A stretch of 63,152 nt of DNA from positions 1 through 63,152 of IMG/VR virus record IMGVR_UViG_3300009506_000026; one strand, 5' to 3'. The notes beneath the pieces are model-generated. The model did no database searches, was not told the DNA's origin, and saw only the letters and a list, made by a program, of their open reading frames with translations. Position 1 is the stretch's first letter. Each line of letters opens with the position of its first letter. A program made the position numbers and the translations under genes. This document shows, piece after piece, positions 55,634 through 63,152 of the stretch. This DNA is from a virus. Its lineage: Duplodnaviria > Caudoviricetes.

Positions 55634-57823
55634 TCATGCAACAAATCTATTCCTGGCATTCTCCGCAGTAAAAATTGCCCTCGCATTTTCCCCCACAAAT
55701 TCATTTCTATTAGTTTTTCCTTCAAACTCGGTATGTGGTTCTATCGACCAATCCATAGTAACGGTAGTTGTTGTGGTTGAACTACTGGTCGAAGAGGTCG
55801 AGGAACTCGTTGTTGAAGCTGAGGTGCTTGTGGTAGAGGAAGTTGAAGCAAGCTGTGTTACTGTTGTTGTGGTCGTTGAACTACTTGTGGTTGTCGAGGA
55901 AGTTGTTATGGTACTACTCGTCGTTGTGGACAGAGTTGTTGAGGTCGAACTGGACGACGAGGATGAAGTCGAAGTTGAGGAAGTTGTTGTAGTTAAAGTT
56001 GAACTGGATGACGAGGAAGAACTTGAGGATGAGGTTGTTGTGGTCTCACTGGTACTAGTAGAAGTTGAAACAGTTGAACTCGAGGTCGAGGAACCTGTTG
56101 TCGAAGTCGAAGTTGAGGAAGAAGTGCTTGAAGTAGTGGTTGTTGTAGCCGAACTCGAGGTAGTCGTCTCGGTTGAGGAAGTTGAGGTAGATGAAGTTGT
56201 TGTGGTTTCCGTCGTGGACGTACTCGAGGACGTCGAGGTTGAGGTCGTTGAACTAGTAGAAGAACTGGTAGAAGAACTAGTAGAAGAACTGGATGAGGTC
56301 GAACTAGATGAGGTTGTAGTGCTCTGAGTCGTGGCTCCTGGCTCGGTAGTTGAAGTACTTACGGTGGAACTAGTCGTGGTGCTCTGAGTTGTGGTACTTA
56401 TTGTGGAACTTGTCGAACTCAAAGTTGAGGTTGAAGTCTCAGTAGTCGTGGTGCTTGTAGAAGTAGTGGATGAAGTACTTGAACTAGTGGAGGAAGATGT
56501 TGAGGTAGAGGAAGAACTTGTGGTACTTGAAGATGACGAGGTCGTGGTCTCAGTAGTCGTGGTGCTTGTAGAACTCGAGGTGCTGGACGATGTTGTAGAA
56601 GCCGAACTCGAGGTAGTTGATAAAGTAGAAGAGGTTGTAGTGGTTAAAGTGGTAGTAGTTGCAGAGGAGCTTGTAGTTGTTGTAGAGGAAGAGGAGGTCT
56701 CTCCCGGCTCCGTCGTGCTGGTTGTTGTCTCAGTACTGGTTGTGGTTGACGAAGTTCCCGAAGTGCTTGTGGTCGAAGTATGTGAGGTCGAAGTTGTGGA
56801 ACTCGACGTGGTAGACAAAGTTGAGGATGTGGAGGCTGTGGAGCTTGTGGTTGAAAAAGTTGAAGATGTGGTGCTAGTTAGCGTCGAACTAGATGTGGTT
56901 GTGGAAGAGGAGCTTGTGGTTGAACTAGTCGAACTAAAGGAAGTTGAAGTTGTTGTGGTTGAGGTTGATGTTGTCGTACTGGACGTGGACGACGAAGTAG
57001 AGGAGCTTGTGGTTGAAGTTGTCGTACTGGACGTGGACGATGAAGTAGAGGAACTGGTAGTGGACAGAGTGGAGGACGTGGTCGAAAATGAAGAAGTAGT
57101 TGTTGAGGACTGGGTGGTTGTGGAAACCGTTGAACTTGAAGTCGAAAGAGTGGAACTTGTAGTGGACAAAGTTGAGGTTGTGGTTGAGGTGCCCGAAGTT
57201 GATGTTGTCGTACTGGACGTGGACGATGAAGTAGAGGAGCTTGTGGTTGAAACAGAGGTGCTTGAACTAGAGGATGAACTTGTAGTGGTACTACAAGATG
57301 TTGTGCTATACGTTGAACTGGTAGTTGAAGCTGTGGAACTCGAGGTGCTACAAGATGTTGTGGTTGAGGTGGAGGATGAGGTGGTACTAGACGACGAAGT
57401 AGAGGAACTTGTGGTTACTGTTGTAGTTGTGGTTGTAGTGCTGGAAGAACTTGTTTGTGGAGCAGCAACCGTAACATCTACAGGTGTAGTTGTATACTCC
57501 GTTAAATCATCCTCAATTAATTTTATTCTAACTTGAAACGAACCAGTAGTACCATCATTATAAACAGTTAGCTGTTGTTCATCCGTTGTTTGAAGGCCCG
57601 TTATGGGATTGGTTTCGGAGGAAATATTAAGGGCGCCAGAGGAACCAAGACTTGTCCAAGAACCTACTCCTTGGTCCCACTCAAAATACATATCACCCGA
57701 TTCTGCCCAACCACCACTGCCCGAAGTGGTAATCGCACCCCCCATCAAAAAACTGCCACTGGGTTCCAGTTCCGGATCCACCGTGGGGCGGGGCATTGTT
57801 ACGCCGGTGATATTAGTGGACAC
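55634..57823 (-). CDS. Mucin-like Ser/Thr-rich virion protein (729 aa)
   Basis: About 123 aa beta-rich N-terminus, ~566 aa S/T tract (55757-57454), short C-terminal segment; GAGGT RBS before GTG. Confidence 0.85.
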   Translation of the reverse strand: MSTNITGVTMPRPTVDPELEPSGSFLMGGAITTSGSGGWAESGDMYFEWDQGVGSWTSLGSSGALNISSETNPITGLQTTDEQQLTVYNDGTTGSFQVRIKLIEDDLTEYTTTPVDVTVAAPQTSSSSTTTTTTTVTTSSSTSSSSTTSSSTSTTTSCSTSSSTASTTSSTYSTTSCSTTTSSSSSSSTSVSTTSSSTSSSTSSTTTSTSGTSTTTSTLSTTSSTLSTSSSTVSTTTQSSTTTSSFSTTSSTLSTTSSSTSSSTSSTTTSTTSSSTSSSTSSTTTSTSTTTTSTSFSSTSSTTSSSSTTTSSSTLTSTTSSTFSTTSSTASTSSTLSTTSSSTTSTSHTSTTSTSGTSSTTTSTETTTSTTEPGETSSSSTTTTSSSATTTTLTTTTSSTLSTTSSSASTTSSSTSSSTSTTTTETTTSSSSSTTSSSSTSTSSSTSSSTSSTTSTSTTTTETSTSTLSSTSSTISTTTQSTTTSSTVSTSTTEPGATTQSTTTSSSSTSSSSSTSSSTSSSTSSTTSTSTSSSTSTTETTTTSSTSTSSTETTTSSSATTTTTSSTSSSTSTSTTGSSTSSSTVSTSTSTSETTTTSSSSSSSSSSSTLTTTTSSTSTSSSSSSSTSTTLSTTTSSTITTSSTTTSSSTTTTTVTQLASTSSTTSTSASTTSSSTSSTSSSTTTTTVTMDWSIEPHTEFEGKTNRNEFVGENARAIFTAENARNRFVA
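56970..57250 (-). repeat. Three near-identical internal repeats in the mucin-like gene
   Basis: GTTGTCGTACTGGACGTGGACGAYGAAGTAGAGGA at about 56970, 57018 and 57204. Confidence 0.8.
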
Positions 57824-57868
57824 TTCTTACCTCGGACATGACACGGCACCCACCGTGTAAGAAAAACT

Positions 57869-58543
57869 CTAAGCTGTGGTTGTGGTGGTAGATGTGGTGG
57901 TGCTTGTAGTAGTGGAAGTAGTCGTCCACTGCCGAGTATCTTCACCCACATCTAAGACATTCATCCCAGAATATCTTCTTTTCTTAATCGTTTCCACCCT
58001 TAGAAACGATCCATCTGAAAGCCTGATTCTATCATTTATTTGAATATCGATAGATTCAGGGAGATACATTTCATGGTTTTCTATCCCAAGAAGACCAATT
58101 TCCTCATCAGTATCCAAACTATTCCCGTATAAGGGGGTAGTCAGTAGAGCATCTACAGAAGAATCGATTAGGGTCCAAATGGTCCTTGATCGATACGAAG
58201 CAGGATCATCTATCTCAGAGGGCCTGAGAATCGAAATAACTTCATTTGTCTTGTAAAGAACGACATCATATTGAATCACGGCATCCTCGAACATTCTTGC
58301 CGTGCGGTTCATCACGTAGAATTTGTCCGAGGTTGTAACAAACTGGATCAGATCACCCCCCACCATTTCAGTATTATAGGCAGCCGCAGCCTCTAAGAAG
58401 AACTCACGTATAAAGGGTTTGGTGACTTGAGCATTTGGCTTGTAAGCCAAATATTCTCCCGTCACATTTCCGGAATCTCGGATAATAATAAAAGAGGTCC
58501 CAACCTCAGGAAGGACCTCGGCTATGTCGGGCCCTATTGTCAA
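57869..58543 (-). CDS. Head-closure/neck protein with C-terminal Thr/Ser tail
   Basis: Position; DIQINDRI..FLRVETI; ends TTTSTTTSTTTSTTTTTA. Confidence 0.65.
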   Translation of the reverse strand: MTIGPDIAEVLPEVGTSFIIIRDSGNVTGEYLAYKPNAQVTKPFIREFFLEAAAAYNTEMVGGDLIQFVTTSDKFYVMNRTARMFEDAVIQYDVVLYKTNEVISILRPSEIDDPASYRSRTIWTLIDSSVDALLTTPLYGNSLDTDEEIGLLGIENHEMYLPESIDIQINDRIRLSDGSFLRVETIKKRRYSGMNVLDVGEDTRQWTTTSTTTSTTTSTTTTTA

Positions 58544-59001
58544 CCATCCTCCTCACTGGGATTCATAATCACTTGATTACTATTCAAGTATGTGGTATCA
58601 ATCCCTGTGTGTTCCTGATATTGAAAGCCCGCCGCTATCTGTGTCCCAAACAACTCGTAAGCTTCCACCCCAGCGAATAGATCAGGCCTTTCATCCTTGA
58701 ATTTTTCAAAGTCCCGATCTTCCTGTCTAACCAAAGCCTGATAATGTTCAAATCTCTGTTGAAGTTGAATTCCTTCATACCTAAACTTATGAGCATTTCT
58801 GAGAACCATGTAATGAAATAAATGACGAGTGGCTCTGCGCTTCAACCATTTAATCTGTTCATTATCCGTAACAGGAAAAGACCAACCCGTTTCCCTTTCA
58901 GCCTCATCAAGTGCATCATCCCAATCTGTCCCATCGAATTTGAGAACCATAGCACTCCCAAATTCCCTCTTTAACAAAACCTCCATCTCATCCTGAGTCA
59001 T
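58540..59001 (-). CDS. Head-tail adaptor-like protein
   Basis: Helical 153 aa protein downstream of the capsid gene. Confidence 0.55.
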   Translation of the reverse strand: MTQDEMEVLLKREFGSAMVLKFDGTDWDDALDEAERETGWSFPVTDNEQIKWLKRRATRHLFHYMVLRNAHKFRYEGIQLQQRFEHYQALVRQEDRDFEKFKDERPDLFAGVEAYELFGTQIAAGFQYQEHTGIDTTYLNSNQVIMNPSEEDG

Positions 59002-59002
59002 A

Positions 59003-59326
59003 CTACCTCCTGATCAGCTTGGGCTTATCTCTGTTTGTTGGCTCCTTTAAAACGGGTCTTTGAACAACTAAATTCTCCACAAGTGGTTGAACTCCAGGAA
59101 CAATCTTCGATTTCATGTCTGGGGTTTGAAAGGTAGGGGAGAAGTGAATCCCACCTGGGGAAGTCAACTTCTCCCTCCCGTACTCAACAACCTCAATGTT
59201 CGAATTCCCTTCAAAAATATCAGGTAATAGAATGGAAGGAAAGGGACGACGAAGTACCGTCCCTTCTTCCCATACCTGACTCCCAGCCTTAATTGTTCTT
59301 CTCAGTCTGATAGCTTCGATTCTCAT
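59003..59326 (-). CDS. Hypothetical capsid-adjacent protein
   Basis: GGAGG RBS; ends DKPKLIRR. Confidence 0.65.
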   Translation of the reverse strand: MRIEAIRLRRTIKAGSQVWEEGTVLRRPFPSILLPDIFEGNSNIEVVEYGREKLTSPGGIHFSPTFQTPDMKSKIVPGVQPLVENLVVQRPVLKEPTNRDKPKLIRR

Positions 59327-59346
59327 GATTGTAATCCTCCGCCTAC

Positions 59347-60675
59347 TTAGGCTGTGGTAGTTGTCGTGCTGCTGGACGAAGTTGTAGTGGTTGAGGTCAG
59401 AGTGTCAGTGTAAAGCGACTTGACATCCAACGTGTAGATAGCATCCCTATTTTTGATAATAGGAAGACCTTTATCCTGAACACGAATCCAAACACCTTCA
59501 GGATCCCACTCGTACTTATCGTCCACCTTCTGTCCCCATTGTCGAGGCAAGGAGAAGGGAGCTTCCATGTACTTAGCAATTGGCATTCCATCAACTGTGG
59601 ATGCCATCATCAGGAACTTGTCATTGGGAATGTAATACTCAGGCATGAAGACCTGATCCTCCCCTGCCTTGTAAGACGAAGCAGGAGGATAGGATAGTTG
59701 GATTCTATTGGTTTCCGTCTCCACTGACTTGATATAGCAGTACTCATAGGTTCCTTCAGATACATCCAAGAACCTTACTTTCCCACCAGCCTTAAAATCA
59801 GAAACATCATCCAGTGTTATCCAAGTAGTTGATCCCCCCGTTACCGCTGCAACCAACCAAGCTTTGACCTCATACATTTCATCATAGACGATGAAGTTCG
59901 GGATATTCAAGATTCTTCCCAAGACCTGAACATTCACCCCCACAATTTCATGCAGGTTGCCCCCGTACAAATTCCCAGGGCCACCAGGGCCACCAAAATA
60001 GCTGTTATACAGAAGTTGACGGATAGTGGTATCATTCCCAATGTATTTCAGCACATTACTATTGCACATGGCAACATCGACGACTCCACCACAGTCCTCT
60101 TTGATCTTGGTCTTGCCGTCCTGAATATCACTGAGAATGTTTTTACTTCCACCGTTGTCCCAGTTATAAGCGGAAGCCAAAGTCACACGATGATCGGAGG
60201 GAATACCATAGTCGATAGTAACTTTGTACCCACCTTTCACCGCATAGGAGAAACCATTATTGAAAAGCATTTGGACAAACATCCATTCTTTTCTACGGTC
60301 ACTCCTGTTTTTTAATCCCGCCAGTTCCTCAGCCAATTTTTGCTCCGCAGCATGGTAATCCGCAGTCGTTCCGGGTTTTCGAAGATTGTTAAGGAATTCC
60401 TCATCAAAATACATCTTCTCTTTCCAGAAAGCCGCCGTGGCTGAATGCTGTGCGATTCCATGGGGAGCCGTTACCTGAGCAGGTGCCCCAGGAGCGGCGA
60501 ACGGGGTCATTCCACGCCCTCCCCTTTGGCTTTCCCATTTAATATCGGCAGATGCGGCTTGACTTGCCGTGAACCGATTCATAAAGAACAATTCCGGTGG
60601 AGTCATGAAAGTTCGCATGAAATCTTCCAGGACTTCCAACCTAAGAATAGGAATATCAGCAGTTCCTCTTGGCAT
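59347..60675 (-). CDS. Major capsid protein (lambda gpE-like) with inserted domain and C-terminal Ser/Thr tail
   Basis: MTPFAAPGAPA, DRRKEWM, IDYGIP, W..NILSDI, WDPEGVWIRV; ends TSTTTTSSSSTTTTTA. Confidence 0.88.
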   Translation of the reverse strand: MPRGTADIPILRLEVLEDFMRTFMTPPELFFMNRFTASQAASADIKWESQRGGRGMTPFAAPGAPAQVTAPHGIAQHSATAAFWKEKMYFDEEFLNNLRKPGTTADYHAAEQKLAEELAGLKNRSDRRKEWMFVQMLFNNGFSYAVKGGYKVTIDYGIPSDHRVTLASAYNWDNGGSKNILSDIQDGKTKIKEDCGGVVDVAMCNSNVLKYIGNDTTIRQLLYNSYFGGPGGPGNLYGGNLHEIVGVNVQVLGRILNIPNFIVYDEMYEVKAWLVAAVTGGSTTWITLDDVSDFKAGGKVRFLDVSEGTYEYCYIKSVETETNRIQLSYPPASSYKAGEDQVFMPEYYIPNDKFLMMASTVDGMPIAKYMEAPFSLPRQWGQKVDDKYEWDPEGVWIRVQDKGLPIIKNRDAIYTLDVKSLYTDTLTSTTTTSSSSTTTTTA

Positions 60676-60692
60676 ATTATCTCACCCCCTTT

Positions 60693-61379
60693 CTATCGAA
60701 TCATCAGATAAATGCCTTTGGATGAGGCACTCAAATCTGTTTTTGCAGCCGAATCAAGGAGTTCCAAAACTCCCTCATACAACATGCAGTTTCCGAGAAT
60801 TAGTGTGGCTACGGCACCCTTAGCGGTGGAGCCGGTTCCCGTATCCCGACTTTGCTCAAGAATGCCCACACAGTCCGAGTAGTTGTTGCTGCTATCCCCC
60901 GCCTCGACACAGATATATGCTTTCCTCGCAGTGGTGAAAGCAGTTCCACCAATACTGCTAGTAAACGTAATCTGCGCCATATGAGGATAGGTTGTACGAT
61001 CAATTGCCGTGATGGCGCCTTTGTTTTCGGCAGCCGTGGTATCGTCATTGATGACCACATCATCGCCTACCGCAAACTTGTAACTGTCATTCATACTGAC
61101 ATACACATATTTGTCGGTAGTTCCAGAATTTGCGACCAGGTAGGCTCGCCCCGGATGATCCTCCGCTCCTGTAAAAGAGGTCGGATTATAGGGAACATAC
61201 CTTTGTGCGCGACTAGACGACGCCGAAAGATTCACAGCCAAACAAGTCCCAGCCTTCAAAATCCCATATCCACTCTGCAACGTGATCTGCATTTTCAGCG
61301 CGGCGATGGGCTCACTAAAATATAGTCGCTTGTAGTCGTCCTGGACACCCCAACTTTGTTGCGGAATATCATAAGGCAT
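60693..61379 (-). CDS. Head decoration protein
   Basis: ITLQSGYGILKAGT.L, CVGIL; lies between protease and MCP. Confidence 0.75.
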   Translation of the reverse strand: MPYDIPQQSWGVQDDYKRLYFSEPIAALKMQITLQSGYGILKAGTCLAVNLSASSSRAQRYVPYNPTSFTGAEDHPGRAYLVANSGTTDKYVYVSMNDSYKFAVGDDVVINDDTTAAENKGAITAIDRTTYPHMAQITFTSSIGGTAFTTARKAYICVEAGDSSNNYSDCVGILEQSRDTGTGSTAKGAVATLILGNCMLYEGVLELLDSAAKTDLSASSKGIYLMIR

Positions 61380-61407
61380 ATCTTCTCACCTCCCTTCCTT
61401 TTCGTTT

Positions 61408-62541
61408 TTATGCGGCTTCTTTCGTTGTCTGTCCCACTCTGCTTAGAAGGCGAGAGGTCAGACTTTTGTTTTCTTCGGCGAGGTGAGTCTTTTCCTCAAT
61501 TTCCTTTTCGGAAGCGCCACCCCCCATAATTTCATCGGACTTGGTGCTTTCCTCCCAAAACTTAATCTCTTCCTCCACGGCCTTACAAAACTCAGGTCGA
61601 TCCAAAACATCTTCCTTCACAAACTTATTGTAATCCACATTGTTTCGAATCTTGTCCTGAATCCTCTTTGGCAGAGTACTGGAAGCAAAGCTTTCGGACC
61701 AAATTGAAGCAACCTCGGCTTGAAGCGCCTTCTCTTTAGAAACATCCAACTCCCGGCGCAGCTTGACATTTTCTCCCTGAATATCCTGCATCAATCCTTC
61801 CTGAGTTTCCAATTTTTCAGAAATAGGAGCAAGCAATTCAGAGAAAGCAGCCTTCAGGGGCTCCAAAATGATAGCTACCAATGCATCCTTTTCCTTTTCC
61901 AAATCTTTGATATCAAACGGCATTTCTTCTTCACCTCCTTCTTGCTCTTGATTTAATTTGATCACGGTTTCCTCACACTCAATTTCTTCCATCACCTCCT
62001 TTGAAAATGCTGCGGCTGTAGTTTTTGAATCCCATCCAAATACACACACCGACATTTCCTTAAATTCCGACTTCCTCCAAATCGCTCCAGGGCCTTTAAG
62101 CTTATAGCCATTCACTTCCGCTTCTGCTCCCTCTTCTAACCTCTCTATGGAAGTCGGTTTCGCATAAATACTAGCCTGATAAGGAAAGCCCTCTCCAGAA
62201 AGCTTCTGAAATTCACGACTTTCCTCCGTATCCGCAAAAATAACATCCTCCGGAGCCTCAATTTTACCATTCTCAACTATGGGTTTCCCCATGTGTGCAA
62301 TCTTCCGATCCGTCTGGTGATCCTCTAAAATAGGGAACCTTTTTTGATTAAATGACATACCAGAAAGATCAATCGCCAAATCACCCCAATACCAATGCCC
62401 CTTAATAATTCCCCCCGAGTATCCTACCATTTTAAGCTTTTTAGGTTTGTCCTCTCCCTCCGAAAAAACAAAAGCAGTACACCCTACACCTGTCTCTACT
62501 AAACGAAGGGCTCCTTTCGGTAGTTTCTCTAATTTCATCAT
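61408..62541 (-). CDS. Prohead protease-scaffold protein
   Basis: GYSGG, PILEDH, FPYQASI, EMSVCVFGWD; acidic coiled-coil C-terminus. Confidence 0.85.
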   Translation of the reverse strand: MMKLEKLPKGALRLVETGVGCTAFVFSEGEDKPKKLKMVGYSGGIIKGHWYWGDLAIDLSGMSFNQKRFPILEDHQTDRKIAHMGKPIVENGKIEAPEDVIFADTEESREFQKLSGEGFPYQASIYAKPTSIERLEEGAEAEVNGYKLKGPGAIWRKSEFKEMSVCVFGWDSKTTAAAFSKEVMEEIECEETVIKLNQEQEGGEEEMPFDIKDLEKEKDALVAIILEPLKAAFSELLAPISEKLETQEGLMQDIQGENVKLRRELDVSKEKALQAEVASIWSESFASSTLPKRIQDKIRNNVDYNKFVKEDVLDRPEFCKAVEEEIKFWEESTKSDEIMGGGASEKEIEEKTHLAEENKSLTSRLLSRVGQTTKEAA

Positions 62542-63020
62542 TTCTTTCCTTTCTTACAGGCATTTAGGTCAGGCCAATGACGACAAACACAGGCTTTTAT
62601 TCCTGAAGGATTGGGGGCGTGTCTCGAATAAGCAATCGCGGAGATTGCCCTGCGACGTGTATTGACTGGGTATGTGCCCTTAGGGGCTCCTCCCGAAGGA
62701 CCACAGAATGGACCTTTCTTGTATTTTCCCGCATTTGATCCACCCGGTCGATCCTGAGGTTTGCTTTCTAAAGAGTATATACCTTTTTCATCACTTGTCA
62801 AGCCGAAAAAATCGTCATGGTCAACAACATCAAAAATTCCTCCTGAATCCAATTCTACAAACTTGGAATTAGCAATCCTAATGGCCTTTCCCTCACAATC
62901 ACTTCCCCCCGACCTTTGACAACTCTCTAAAGCTCCATTTGCAATGCTCACCCATTTCTTTTTTTGAGAAGGAGTCAAACCCTTTTTATGTCCATCGACA
63001 TCCCCCACTGACCAAGGCAT
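62538..63020 (-). CDS. ChaB-like head-associated protein
   Basis: MPWS..KGLT..QKKKWVSIAN..AIRIAN; C-terminal TYPVNTRRRAISAIAY. Confidence 0.6.
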   Translation of the reverse strand: MPWSVGDVDGHKKGLTPSQKKKWVSIANGALESCQRSGGSDCEGKAIRIANSKFVELDSGGIFDVVDHDDFFGLTSDEKGIYSLESKPQDRPGGSNAGKYKKGPFCGPSGGAPKGTYPVNTRRRAISAIAYSRHAPNPSGIKACVCRHWPDLNACKKGKK

Positions 63021-63031
63021 TTCAAATCTCC

Positions 63032-63151
63032 TTATTGTTGTATTCCATCAAATTTCATGCCAGTTCGCCCAAAATAAAGCTCACAGGCTCCGATATCTAT
63101 GGTGTTCCAGGGGAATTTGCCGTAAAAATCTGTCTGCCCGCTAATTCCCGT
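63032..63151 (-). CDS. C-terminus of a truncated gene with DIGACE (choice-of-anchor Q-like) motif
   Basis: Reads TGISGQTDFYGKFPWNTIDIGACELYFGRTGMKFDGIQQ-stop. Confidence 0.5.
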   Translation of the reverse strand, partial: TGISGQTDFYGKFPWNTIDIGACELYFGRTGMKFDGIQQ

Positions 63152-63152
63152 T

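Noticed and set aside
55773-57536. Two long Val/Glu-rich + strand ORFs
   Set aside because: Antisense shadows of the mucin-like gene; wrong orientation for the operon and no RBS.
1-63152. tRNA genes, integrase, transposase, reverse transcriptase/DGR, alternative genetic code
   Set aside because: None recognised by eye; conserved genes translate full-length in code 11 and use TAA, TAG and TGA as stops.

Overview
A 63 kb segment of a tailed dsDNA phage (Caudoviricetes, siphovirus-like long tail) with two convergent arms that meet at about 27.6 kb. The + arm (1-27.6 kb) carries replication, repair and DNA-modification genes. These are a primase, a DnaB-like helicase, a 7-deazaguanine pathway (QueD, QueE, FolE, Gat-QueC, a second QueC, DpdA/TGT-like, SAM methyltransferase), a beta-clamp, a UDG-fused family A polymerase, a clamp loader, a DenV-like glycosylase, UvsY/SSB/RecA-like proteins, a 5'-3' exonuclease and a split SbcCD. 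The - arm (63.1-27.7 kb) carries head, neck and tail genes, followed directly by a ~13 kb cluster of about seven glycosyltransferases with glycan-tailoring enzymes, and then holin-like genes. The most striking signal is a candidate phage mucin-type O-glycosylation ('virion glycocalyx') system. Three structural proteins (major capsid, putative head-closure, tail tube) end in Ser/Thr tails with the same terminus, TTTTTA-stop. The tail-tip protein has a ~198 aa Ser/Thr stalk, and a 729 aa neck-region protein is ~566 aa Ser/Thr. The glycosyltransferase cluster ends in an enzyme with polypeptide GalNAc-transferase (GT27)-like motifs. No terminase, portal, endolysin, integrase, tRNA or CRISPR array was recognised. 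All calls come from reading motifs by eye; no database searches were run.
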